From a virus (Duplodnaviria > Caudoviricetes), in IMG/VR virus record IMGVR_UViG_3300019766_000001, positions 1 to 55,858 of that record: a DNA stretch of 55,858 nt; one strand, 5' to 3'. The position numbers were made by a program, and so were the translations under genes. The stretch's first letter is position 1. Each line of letters opens with the position of its first letter. Positions 38,650 through 48,119 of this stretch are shown here, piece by piece. The notes beneath the pieces were generated by a model. The model was given only the letters and a program-made list of their open reading frames with translations, ran no database searches and was not told the DNA's origin.

Positions 38650-39363
38650 CTATGAATTGTTATTGATTCTATATTCTGCCGTCTTGAAATAATTAATGTC
38701 TTTTTCTATCCCTATAAATTCACGGCCTGTATTTACACAGGCAACACCGGTGGTACCGCTGCCCATTGTAAAGTCCAAAACCGTTTCGCCTTCGTTTGTG
38801 TAGGTTTTTATCAGATACTCCATTAGAGCCACTGGTTTTTGGGTGGGATGGAAATTCCCCTTCTGTTTATCGCTGGAAAAGAATTGAACGCTTCTTGGGT
38901 ACCGTTCTGTCGAGTCGTAAAGACTCTTAGATACATCCTTCCCGTAGCATTCGGATTCAACAACTTTTTTCTTTGCCGTACTTCTTTTGTGGTCTTTTGT
39001 TTTCTGCGGGTTATATGTAGGCAGGCTATCGTAAAATACAAGAACTGATTCGTGAGCCCTTAAAGGCATCTTCTTTGCGTTAAAGAATCCTGTCGCATTA
39101 CCTTTCTCCCATACCCAATCATATCGGTACCATTCTGGACAGCTCATAACTAGGGCGCTAGTGAATGGCTGGCTAGCTGTTAAGACTATCGCGCCACCAG
39201 GTTTTATTATCCTTTTTAACTGTATCCACATTAAATCAAGCGGTACCACTGAATCCCATTTGCACTTAGTGGTACCGTAAGGGGGGTCTGTTAATATTAA
39301 ATCGACTGACTTATCAGGTATCCCGATCATTGAATCTATGCAATCGCCGTTTATCAGTTTCAT
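38650..39363 (-). CDS. DNA N6-adenine/N4-cytosine methyltransferase (beta class), orphan
   Basis: LTDPPYG motif IV, HPTQKPV, VLDFTMGSGTT motif I. Confidence 0.95.
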   Translation of the reverse strand: MKLINGDCIDSMIGIPDKSVDLILTDPPYGTTKCKWDSVVPLDLMWIQLKRIIKPGGAIVLTASQPFTSALVMSCPEWYRYDWVWEKGNATGFFNAKKMPLRAHESVLVFYDSLPTYNPQKTKDHKRSTAKKKVVESECYGKDVSKSLYDSTERYPRSVQFFSSDKQKGNFHPTQKPVALMEYLIKTYTNEGETVLDFTMGSGTTGVACVNTGREFIGIEKDINYFKTAEYRINNNS

Positions 39364-39448
39364 ATGGCACCATATTGTAAAATTTCCCACAGCTTACCTT
39401 TGATGGCAGTCGTGCTACAATTAGACCAAAGTATTGGGAGCTTGATTG

Positions 39449-39937
39449 ATGGCTGTAATTGTTGAAACGGGAAGCGGTGATAACCCTCTGGCTAATAGCT
39501 ATGGTGACGAGGTTGGATTGCAGGATTATGCAGATGCACGGGGCACTGTAATTGCCGGTGATCTATCTCAGTTGCTCATTAGAGCGATGGATTACGCAGA
39601 AACACTAGATTACAAGGGGTCGAAAGTTCAGCCCGGTGTACAGCCTCTACAGCACCCTAGATCAGGCCTGGTAATTGACGGTTACAGCGTGCCTTCTGAC
39701 TCTATTGCTATTGAGATGATTACGGCCCAGTACGTTACGGCTTTATCTATTGATGCTGGCCTTGATCCATTGGCAACAGTTGAGCCTGCGGTTAAACGGG
39801 AAAAAGTTGATGTGCTAGAGGTTGAGTATCAAGACGGGGCAAGTTCTAGCTCTTACAACCCTGAGATCAACCGGGCATATTCCAAGCTAGTTACCGGATC
39901 AGGTGGCGGCAATCAAATCAGCGTGGTACGCGCCTAA
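39449..39937 (+). CDS. Head-tail adaptor protein
   Basis: IVETGSG..ANSY, L..AMDY, Q.L..PR, VKREKVDVLEVEY; position in cluster. Confidence 0.8.
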   Translation: MAVIVETGSGDNPLANSYGDEVGLQDYADARGTVIAGDLSQLLIRAMDYAETLDYKGSKVQPGVQPLQHPRSGLVIDGYSVPSDSIAIEMITAQYVTALSIDAGLDPLATVEPAVKREKVDVLEVEYQDGASSSSYNPEINRAYSKLVTGSGGGNQISVVRA

Positions 39938-40299
39938 TGGCCTTTAATTACACTAAATCAGCCGCTACAGCTCGAAAGCTACTAACCAACTTCGGCCAGG
40001 ATTTAACATTTACCAAGGCCAGTGTTTCAGGCGGACAGGATCAATTTGGCGATCCGTTGCCCGGTACTACTGAGCTAACAGTTACCGGTAAAGGCGTTGC
40101 GCTTGAGTATAAGCGGTCTGAAATTGATGGTACTAACATCGTAATGGGTGATCAGAAGTTAATTCTTGAGGCTACTAACGATGCACCAGAGATTGAAATG
40201 ACGGTTCCGATTCAGGGTAAAACGTTCAGAGTCATGGATGTTATGCCGTTGGAGCCAGCCGGAACCACTGTAATTTATACTTTACAGGTGAGAATCTAA
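39937..40299 (+). CDS. Head-closure / head-tail joining protein
   Basis: A.KLL..FGQ, IDGT.I..GD, Y.LQVR. Confidence 0.75.
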   Translation: MAFNYTKSAATARKLLTNFGQDLTFTKASVSGGQDQFGDPLPGTTELTVTGKGVALEYKRSEIDGTNIVMGDQKLILEATNDAPEIEMTVPIQGKTFRVMDVMPLEPAGTTVIYTLQVRI

Positions 40300-40739
40300 T
40301 GGCCAGATCATTTGCTCAACAGATGCAGGACTTTATTGATAATAAAGTCGAGCGGCCTAGTCGTGATATTGTTGCGGCCGCTGGAATTCAAATATTCGCC
40401 AGCGTTATCCAGAGAACTCCGGTAAAGACCGGTCGAGCGCGTGGCAACTGGAATGCTGCAATTAATGAACTAGACGGATCTGTGAGCGAGTCAAAAACAG
40501 AGCAGGCAGCAATGCAGGTAGTTGAGCAGAAAGCCGCTCAGTTAGAATTAGGTGATTCATTCACTCTAACAAACGGTCTGCCCTACATCCGCAAACTAGA
40601 ATACGGCGGATACCCTCAGCCCGGTACGGAGAAAACGGTTAACGGGTTCAGCGCTCAGGCTCCTGCGGGAATGGTAGGTGTGACAGTGACAGAATTTAAA
40701 CGGGCAGTCAGACAGGCGGTGATAGATGAGCGTCGATAG
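40299..40739 (+). CDS. Neck protein (HK97 gp10-like)
   Basis: TPVKTGRARGNW, NGLPYIRKLEYG, SAQAPAGMV. Confidence 0.85.
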   Translation: MARSFAQQMQDFIDNKVERPSRDIVAAAGIQIFASVIQRTPVKTGRARGNWNAAINELDGSVSESKTEQAAMQVVEQKAAQLELGDSFTLTNGLPYIRKLEYGGYPQPGTEKTVNGFSAQAPAGMVGVTVTEFKRAVRQAVIDERR

Positions 40740-41139
40740 AGATATAAGAATAGCGCTGTCAAAGCATCTGTTTAACACTCCAGGGCTACCTACCGTAACA
40801 TCATGGGAGGCTGGCAGAACGGTTAAGCCTGTTAATGGCCAAGTTTTTATTCAGGAGTTTATCCTACCTGCAGAAACCGCCCCGGTATCACTCGGAGACA
40901 ACGACCCTAACGAGTACCTAGGTATTTATCAGGTATCCGTATTTGTTCCGGATGGTTATGGTGCTCCCGCAGCGATGGAAGAGGCTGGAAAAATAAAAAG
41001 CCAGTTCTCAAGAGGCACTGAGCTTACAGAAAGCACATCAAGAGTAAGAATCGACAGGATGCCAAGCATAGGCCCTGCGGAAGATAATGGTGCCTGGTGG
41101 ATGTACCCCGTTAGAATTCGTTACCGTGTTATCATATAA
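40726..41139 (+). CDS. Tail terminator protein
   Basis: GIYQVSVFVP.G.G, F.RG, PVRIRY; position in cluster. Confidence 0.78.
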   Translation: MSVDRDIRIALSKHLFNTPGLPTVTSWEAGRTVKPVNGQVFIQEFILPAETAPVSLGDNDPNEYLGIYQVSVFVPDGYGAPAAMEEAGKIKSQFSRGTELTESTSRVRIDRMPSIGPAEDNGAWWMYPVRIRYRVII

Positions 41140-41176
41140 TACCAATGTCGATATTGACTTATTAGAGGTAATTACC

Positions 41177-41539
41177 ATGCCTGCAGTTACAGGTACAACG
41201 CTAAATCAGTCAGGGGTATTTACTCCGACGCAAATTACGCTTGACGGCTCGACAGATACAGTTGTCTTTGATCCGTCAAAAAACCAGGTTTTAACAATTT
41301 TCAACCCTACCGTTGGTGCTGTCGGCCCTGTAACCATTACTGGTGACGCAAATAGTGCGACGTTCCCAGTACCAGGCTCAGATCAGACTGTCGATAATAC
41401 AGTTCCTCTGCAGCTTCACGCCTCTCTGCCAGCAGGTGAGCAAGTATCTGTTAAATTAAATACGATTGAAAATCGGCTTGTTGGTGCCGTAACGCTAGCT
41501 GGCGGCGCAACACTGGTCGCAACATTGGAGGAATTCTAA
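41177..41539 (+). CDS. Putative virion structural protein
   Basis: GAGGT RBS; T/V/G-rich; lies between terminator and tube genes. Confidence 0.65.
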   Translation: MPAVTGTTLNQSGVFTPTQITLDGSTDTVVFDPSKNQVLTIFNPTVGAVGPVTITGDANSATFPVPGSDQTVDNTVPLQLHASLPAGEQVSVKLNTIENRLVGAVTLAGGATLVATLEEF

Positions 41540-41540
41540 T

Positions 41541-42002
41541 ATGACTGATCAAATCCGCTCATCTGCAGGATCATGTTTTGCATTGACTACCGCGCCGTTT
41601 ATCCCGGCCACTTTCGATCAGTCAGGGTATGAGGCCGGTACTTATCAGATTGTTGGTAATGTAGACCAGATCCCGCAATTTGGCGCAAGCCGTAACACGG
41701 TTACTTTCAATCCTTTGAAAGATATCGATGTTGTAAAAATCAAAGGTTCGCGTGATAACGGCACCATTGATATCTCGCTTGCGTTGGTTGAAGACGATGT
41801 AAGCATCCCTATTCTAGAAGCTGCAGAAGATTCAGACGAATCCTTCTCTTTCTACGCACAAACACAGTCTGGTGCAAAGCGCTATTTTGTCGGCAAGGTA
41901 ATGTCTTTACAGACCACCATCGGCGGCGTTGATGATGTTACCATGGCTAACTTTACGGTTGAGCTGGAGAAAAAGCCATTTAAGGTTCTTCCAACCCCTT
42001 AA
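41541..42002 (+). CDS. Major tail tube protein
   Basis: PATFDQSGY, VG.V..IPQFG, KIKGS.D.G, YF.GKVMS. Confidence 0.85.
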   Translation: MTDQIRSSAGSCFALTTAPFIPATFDQSGYEAGTYQIVGNVDQIPQFGASRNTVTFNPLKDIDVVKIKGSRDNGTIDISLALVEDDVSIPILEAAEDSDESFSFYAQTQSGAKRYFVGKVMSLQTTIGGVDDVTMANFTVELEKKPFKVLPTP

Positions 42003-42009
42003 TCTAATT

Positions 42010-42095
42010 ATGACTGGATAGGTTGATCACCGAAGGCGTCACACCCTGCGCCGCTCCAGTCATTTTTCAGGGTGATTGCTTTGAGGGTAATAGCA
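42010..42095 (+). promoter_or_regulatory. Structured leader RNA, copy D
   Basis: ATGACTGGA/TCCAGTCAT stem, GGT-TGATC-ACC hairpin, GAA linker, loop CACCCTG complementary to CAGGGTG and AGGGT; ATTGCT/AGCAAT hairpin over RBS and start. Confidence 0.65.
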
Positions 42096-42608
42096 ATGCA
42101 GTTTAATGAATTATCGTCAATGGTTCGCGCTTCAGAGCCCGAGTCAATGCCTTTTATTGATCATATTACTGGAGAGCCTGCAAAAGACGAAAATGGAGAC
42201 GCCATAGTCTTTATGATTGTTGGCGCAGGATCAAAAGAGCTAAGAGAATCAGTTGTCGAAATAAATCGGCTGGAATCAGAGGGTAACGTCCTTTCCGATG
42301 ATCAGAAACACGCATTGCAAGCAGCCTATGCCGTGACCAGTTATACCGGGTGTCTTCAGGTTGGCGAAAGCCCTCTGGATATCTCTGATAAAAAGAAATT
42401 ATCAGACATGCTTTTAAGTGACCCTAACTTTGAGCTGTTAAATCAGATTTTGAGTTTTGCCGGAAAAAAGCAGGCAAGAGCGATCAGCTCGGTATCATCC
42501 AGAAATACCAAAAACTCGCCTGGCTCCAAGCGACAACGGACGACAAGTGGAAGCCGCGCCAAAAAACAAGAGGCGACAGAAGACCAGGCGACAAGCCGCC
42601 AGTCGTAG
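42096..42608 (+). CDS. Tail assembly chaperone (gpG-like)
   Basis: Between tube and tape measure genes; contains slippery A AAA AAG. Confidence 0.8.
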   Translation: MQFNELSSMVRASEPESMPFIDHITGEPAKDENGDAIVFMIVGAGSKELRESVVEINRLESEGNVLSDDQKHALQAAYAVTSYTGCLQVGESPLDISDKKKLSDMLLSDPNFELLNQILSFAGKKQARAISSVSSRNTKNSPGSKRQRTTSGSRAKKQEATEDQATSRQS

Positions 42609-42904
42609 AAGGTTATGGACATATTGATGCATGGCTGAATGATATCGGTTTGTGCATGTCTGGCGGTATGGGAATGTCTCCGTTGACCCATCAAGAGGTA
42701 AGGGCAGCAATTGATAATCTGCAGATAGATCCAACACCTGATGAGGTTAGGCTGATAATGGCGATTAGCCGGGAGTATGTTTCATGGTATAACAAGTCAT
42801 CAAATCCGGCCCAAAGAGATCCTACATATAAACATAGCGAGATAGATCAAGCTGCATTGTCTGATGCAATTGACGACGCTTTTGATAGAGCTTTCGATGA
42901 TTAG
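42464..42904 (+). CDS. Tail chaperone -1 frameshift extension (gpGT-like)
   Basis: A AAA AAG at 42464-42470; the -1 frame is open (AGKSDQ...LAWLQA...DIGLCMSGGMGMSPL) through to 42904. Confidence 0.8.
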   Translation, partial: KKAGKSDQLGIIQKYQKLAWLQATTDDKWKPRQKTRGDRRPGDKPPVVEGYGHIDAWLNDIGLCMSGGMGMSPLTHQEVRAAIDNLQIDPTPDEVRLIMAISREYVSWYNKSSNPAQRDPTYKHSEIDQAALSDAIDDAFDRAFDD

Positions 42905-42986
42905 CCCGGAATGACCGGGCTTTTTTACGTCTGCAACATCATAAACAACAATGCTACAATTAGACCAATTGATTAGAGGTGCCGAT

Positions 42987-45900
42987 ATGGTAGATATTGC
43001 AGAGCTAGGTATTAGAATTGATTCCTCTGGCGTAAAGAAAGCCACTAAAGATTTAGATCAGATGGCGGATAGCTCCAGAAAGCTTGAGCAGTCAACTGAT
43101 AGTGTAGGGAAGGCATCCGAAAAGGCATCTGCTGAAGTTGACAGGTTCGGTAATGCGCTTACCGATGCCGACAAAGAGATGGGCCGGTTTATCGATAAAT
43201 CCGGCAAGATGCGAGAGAAAAATGGACAATTTGTTAAGGGGATGAGAGAGGCGGCGATTGCTGCAGGCACTTACTCTGAGGAGGTAAAAGAGGGTGCAAA
43301 AAGAACCGTAGATCTATCATCAAACCTTCCAGCCGTAGCAAATGGCGCATTAAAGATTGCAGCAGCAATGGCGGCAGCCGCTACCGCTGCAGCTGGCCTT
43401 GTTGCCGTTGTTGGTGAACAGGTAAAAGAAAACGATGATCTGGCCAAGTCTTTAGGGATAAGCACGACAAAACTACAGCAATTCCAAGCAGTCGCAAAAA
43501 CTGTCGGACTTACTGCAGAGGATATGGGCGGCATTTTAAGTGATGCATCTGAAAAAATCGGTGATTTCCTAACAAATGATGGCGGTGAAGCTGAGGATAT
43601 TTTCGAGAATCTCGCCGTTAGTGCCAAAGACCTACAGAACCTAGACCCTGCTGACCAACTTAGAGCTATAGGTAAAGCCCTACAAGACGTGGAAAGTAGA
43701 TCAGAACAGATATTTTTTCTTGAATCCCTTGGTTCTGATGCAAAACTTTTACTCCCGCTGCTAACAGATAACACAGAAGAGTTAGACCGCCTGCTGGATA
43801 AATCGCTAGAAACAGGTGCCGCCCTATCATCGTTCGACAATACAGCTCTAATCCAAGCCTCAGAAGGTTTTGAGGATATGGGCAATGCTATTAGCGGTGC
43901 ATCTCGTTTGCTTGCCGCTGAAATGTCCCCTGCTGTTATTCTGGTGCAAGAAAAAGTTGAGCAGATGATAGCAGCATTCGACAAAGACGATATTGAGTCA
44001 TTTGTTGAGTTTGGCGTCGATGCTATTGGCGTACTTCTTGATGTGATCCAGACTTATGAGATGGCTATGAGACTGTCTGCCGTGTCGTGGACTAGAATTG
44101 CTGCTGCTGCCACTGGCGCTATGGCAGAGTCTGCTGATGCAGTTGCGGGGCTTGTTAACTTTGCTCTTAAGCCACTTTTGGTTGTGCTGGAGAACGTTGC
44201 AGAGGGCTGGAGTATTATCACGGGGGCTTTAGCTGACATAACACCAGGCACAGTGTCAGACGGGTTCAGATCTGCTTCAGAGTCGCTTGCATCATTTAGT
44301 GATCAGGTTGCAAATTTCACGGTAACATCTGGCGACATAAAAGATGCCAATGAGGCTGTAAACAAATCATTACAAGAGCAAATTCAAGCGCTTGATGATC
44401 TTGCAAATTCCCCCGCTTACTCTGAACAGTTTAAAGCCAATCTAAAGGCCATCCGAAAAGAGATAGAAGCCAAAGCGGTTGCTGACGAGAAGGCCAGAAA
44501 AGAATCACTAGGCCTGGCCACGCAAACCGAGAAAACCGCAGCAGAGATAGACGCAGAGGCAAAAGCCAAGGCTAAAGCTGCTGAAGAAGCTAAAAAGCTC
44601 GCAGCTAAAAACAAAGATGCAGCTGAAAGATTTAAAGATCTTGTTAGACCTGTTCGCGCCGTTATACGCGAATATGAAGAGGCAAAACGACTTTTCGATA
44701 AAGGGTTGTTATCAGAAGAAGATTTTAAGGCAACCAAAAAGCGCCTAGGCGGTATTGCTGCAGAGCTTGGAGGGCTAAGCGACGAAGCCGGAGGTGCCGG
44801 AGAGAAAACCGGGTTTGAGTTTGCAGAGGCGTTAAGCAGTTCTCTTGAGCGTCAAGATTTTACATCTGTTGGCGCGATGATAGGTGAACAGATAGGTGGT
44901 GAAGTTGGCTCTGCTATCGGCGCGGTAATTGGATCTCTTGCCAGCGACAGCCAAAGCGATTTGCAGAAGGCGGGGACGGTAATCGGTACAGCAATAGGTG
45001 CTTATTTCGGTGGCGCTAAAGGGGCCACTCAAGGGGCGCAGGCAGGTAGCGCTATTGGCGGCCTATTAACCACATCAAAGCAAAAGATCGGAGAAGGATT
45101 TGATGTAAATATTGTTAGCAACACCATCGCAGAAGCGTTCAGTACAAAGACGATAAAAAAGACAAGCTTATGGAATAAGAGGACAACCACATACAGAAAG
45201 GCTGTCGATGACGCGACAATTGGCGTTATACAGAATACATTCGATGCCGTTTCTGACGGGTTGTCTGATACAGCAAAATCTCTCGGCGCAGGAATAGGCT
45301 CCTTTACCGGAGAGATAAAAATAAAAAATGGAGACTTGAATGCCGCAATATCTGAGTTTTCAAATCAATCTGTTGAGGCCGCTTTTGGGGCGCTTGAGGA
45401 TTTCAGGCTAATCGGCGAGCAATCAGTTCAAACTTTCGGACGGCTTGCTAGTGATGCGGAGTTGGTCGGTGATGCGCTTTCCGCTATAGATCTTACTATC
45501 GACGGAGCAGGGGATATAGAGGCGCAGACGCAGGAATTCAAACAGATATACACCGATCAGTTTGAGGTATTGTTTTCCAGAAGAGAAGAGATTGCCGTAC
45601 TAGACCAAGCGTTAAAGTCAGAGCTTGAGGGGCTTGATGGTGCTATTGCTGGCCGCGCGATTAAAAGCATTAAAGGCGAGTTGAGATCACTGTTCAAAGA
45701 GGCGGCGGCGCTAGATGATGAGCTGGCCGAGTTCACATCCAGGTTCAACACTGCAGACGTTGAGGCTGTCTCCGGATTTACTCAATCCCTCCTTTCGGTG
45801 GTTGACGATTTAACAGGGGTTGGGATAGAGAGCGCAGGGGCAGAGTTAAATAGACTTACAGCAAATTACTCGGAAAACTTTTTTTCAGCTTCGGAACAGG

Positions 45901-48119
45901 TAGAGTCTGCAATTGAGTCGGCAGTTATTGATCTTGAGAAATTCAGTAGTATAGGCGTTACAACCGAGACTAGTTTTGAAACTCTGCGAGATTCAATCGA
46001 GAGATTCAAAGACTCTGACACATTCACGCCAGAAGGTTTGGCGCGATATCTTGCGGCGGCCAGCGCGCTATCTGTTTACTCAGAGTCCGTTACTGATCAA
46101 GCAAATTTGCTAAAAGCCGAAGCAAACGCAATAGAAGATTCAAACAGTATTATAGAATCATCATTGGCAAAACTTGAGGAAACAATAGACACCTCAAGCG
46201 TGACAGTAGAAGGCGCTCAGTCGGGGCAGGATTTACCGGGGATCATGGCCGGTATTAAAGACGAGTTTCGTGGTGTTATTAATTTTATCGGCGGCATGAG
46301 AGTGTCTGCCGAAGAGCTTGAGGCGGCCTATAATTCTGCTACAACCGCAGGCTTAACGCTGGTCGAGCCTCTGAGTGACACGGGGATCCAGATAGCACAG
46401 GTTTACCAAGATGTTTTGGGTCGATTGCCAGACCAGGGCGGCTTAGATTTCTGGAAAAGCGAACTTGAGAGTGGAGCGTTATCGTTCCAGCAATTCTTTG
46501 ATCTCGTCACAACGTCAGATGAAGCCAAGCTTAAAGACCGATTCGACGGGCTCCTAGGTGCGTTCAACGCATATGACGCTATTGCAAAACTACCGCCGCC
46601 GCCAGTTGAGCCGGTTCAGGATGTAGTTGATATAATAACGTCAGTTGCCGATATCGGTTTAAGTGAGCGTGATTTAGGCCGGTTACGTGACCTGCTCGAC
46701 ACTCTGCGTGGTGTTTCTGAGCAAGACCGGGCGCTTGAAAACTTGAATTTAACCGCTGATGGTATTGATGAATTTCTTAGTGTTATTGGCGGGATTGGAC
46801 AGACTCCTGAAAACCTAGCAGCACTTGCAGATGGCCTTGGATTATCTGTAAACGAGTTTGTTGATAGCGTTGAAACCATCGCTGAAGCAGTGAAAGAAAC
46901 CGCCGTTGAATTATTCGACTTTGCTGCACAGGTTGATAGAGCTACATCAGATGCAGAGCGTGCCGTTGCAGCTGAATCGGATAGATTGACTGATAGCTAT
47001 CAAGATCAGATTGACGCGATTAGAGGTACGCAGGAAGCGGAAGAGGATCTTTCCGATCAGCGAAAAGACGCAGCAAGAAGCACGATATCAAACCTGAAGG
47101 ATATCCAGCGCCTGCTTAAGTCATCTGCCTCAGCTGTCCGTGCGTCATCTTTAGAAATAGATATGGCAAGGCAGCAAGCGGCCAGCTCAAGGATTGGGGC
47201 TATTATCGCAGGTGGTACGCTGCCGGGTAGTGATGAGCTGGAATCATTGCTTGGGGATCTAACCAATATATCTGAAGACCAATTTAGAACGCAGGAAGAT
47301 TTTGCATTTGCTCAAGCCGTGGCAGCAAATCAGATTAAAGCGCTAGAACAAAAAACAGTGGAGCAATTATCGGTTGAAGAAAAAACCCTGCTGGAGCTAG
47401 AGGATGGCAGGACTGAAGCGAACGAATCGGCAGACCGGCAAATAGAGCTGCTAATAGAAGAGCGTGATAATGCTATCGCCGCAAATCAAGCCCAGCTTGA
47501 CGCACTGCTGGGTATTGATGATTCAGTTATGTCTGTTGCTGATGCATTAGTTGCTCTATCTAATTCAATATCTCAATTACAGGCGTCGCAATCTGTCGGG
47601 TCATTTTCTGAAAGCAAGATCATAAGTCAGGTTGGTAGCGGATCAGGCGTTTCAACAGTATTTCAAGACCCATCAGGATCGATTGGTGTTATTGATACAG
47701 GCGCATTCAATCAGCCGCTAGAAACGGCGTCAGCTCAAGCAAGCGGTGTTGACTTGACGCCTGCTGAGATAGCGGCAGTATTGGGTCTTCCTGCATTTGC
47801 ATCTGGCGGTGATCACTCCGGCGGCCCTATGCTCGTCGGTGAGAATGGCGCAGAAATAGTTAATACCGGCCCTAGCCGTATATTCAACGCTGCAGAAACA
47901 TCGGCAATGATGAACCCTGCTGACTTATACCGTCAGCCTGTTACAATAGACGTTAGTAGTATTGTAAATAAAATCTCAGGACTGGAGGCAACTATGTCTG
48001 GATTGCTAACATCAATAAGCATTTCATCCAATGAGTCCGCAAATATACTAGACGACTTCCAGGTTGATGGAATCAGGATAAATACAGATGACGAGCCTGT
48101 ATCGGTGAATCAAGTATGA
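42987..48119 (+). CDS. Tail tape measure protein
   Basis: ~1710 aa Ala/Gly-rich; N-terminal DIAELGIRIDSS, C-terminal FASGG.H.GG..LVGENGAE. Confidence 0.93.
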   Translation: MVDIAELGIRIDSSGVKKATKDLDQMADSSRKLEQSTDSVGKASEKASAEVDRFGNALTDADKEMGRFIDKSGKMREKNGQFVKGMREAAIAAGTYSEEVKEGAKRTVDLSSNLPAVANGALKIAAAMAAAATAAAGLVAVVGEQVKENDDLAKSLGISTTKLQQFQAVAKTVGLTAEDMGGILSDASEKIGDFLTNDGGEAEDIFENLAVSAKDLQNLDPADQLRAIGKALQDVESRSEQIFFLESLGSDAKLLLPLLTDNTEELDRLLDKSLETGAALSSFDNTALIQASEGFEDMGNAISGASRLLAAEMSPAVILVQEKVEQMIAAFDKDDIESFVEFGVDAIGVLLDVIQTYEMAMRLSAVSWTRIAAAATGAMAESADAVAGLVNFALKPLLVVLENVAEGWSIITGALADITPGTVSDGFRSASESLASFSDQVANFTVTSGDIKDANEAVNKSLQEQIQALDDLANSPAYSEQFKANLKAIRKEIEAKAVADEKARKESLGLATQTEKTAAEIDAEAKAKAKAAEEAKKLAAKNKDAAERFKDLVRPVRAVIREYEEAKRLFDKGLLSEEDFKATKKRLGGIAAELGGLSDEAGGAGEKTGFEFAEALSSSLERQDFTSVGAMIGEQIGGEVGSAIGAVIGSLASDSQSDLQKAGTVIGTAIGAYFGGAKGATQGAQAGSAIGGLLTTSKQKIGEGFDVNIVSNTIAEAFSTKTIKKTSLWNKRTTTYRKAVDDATIGVIQNTFDAVSDGLSDTAKSLGAGIGSFTGEIKIKNGDLNAAISEFSNQSVEAAFGALEDFRLIGEQSVQTFGRLASDAELVGDALSAIDLTIDGAGDIEAQTQEFKQIYTDQFEVLFSRREEIAVLDQALKSELEGLDGAIAGRAIKSIKGELRSLFKEAAALDDELAEFTSRFNTADVEAVSGFTQSLLSVVDDLTGVGIESAGAELNRLTANYSENFFSASEQVESAIESAVIDLEKFSSIGVTTETSFETLRDSIERFKDSDTFTPEGLARYLAAASALSVYSESVTDQANLLKAEANAIEDSNSIIESSLAKLEETIDTSSVTVEGAQSGQDLPGIMAGIKDEFRGVINFIGGMRVSAEELEAAYNSATTAGLTLVEPLSDTGIQIAQVYQDVLGRLPDQGGLDFWKSELESGALSFQQFFDLVTTSDEAKLKDRFDGLLGAFNAYDAIAKLPPPPVEPVQDVVDIITSVADIGLSERDLGRLRDLLDTLRGVSEQDRALENLNLTADGIDEFLSVIGGIGQTPENLAALADGLGLSVNEFVDSVETIAEAVKETAVELFDFAAQVDRATSDAERAVAAESDRLTDSYQDQIDAIRGTQEAEEDLSDQRKDAARSTISNLKDIQRLLKSSASAVRASSLEIDMARQQAASSRIGAIIAGGTLPGSDELESLLGDLTNISEDQFRTQEDFAFAQAVAANQIKALEQKTVEQLSVEEKTLLELEDGRTEANESADRQIELLIEERDNAIAANQAQLDALLGIDDSVMSVADALVALSNSISQLQASQSVGSFSESKIISQVGSGSGVSTVFQDPSGSIGVIDTGAFNQPLETASAQASGVDLTPAEIAAVLGLPAFASGGDHSGGPMLVGENGAEIVNTGPSRIFNAAETSAMMNPADLYRQPVTIDVSSIVNKISGLEATMSGLLTSISISSNESANILDDFQVDGIRINTDDEPVSVNQV

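Noticed and set aside
43058-47266. Long antisense ORFs within TMP and other genes (e.g. 43271-43984)
   Set aside because: Shadow frames of Ala/Glu/Leu-rich coding sequence with no RBS or domain signal.
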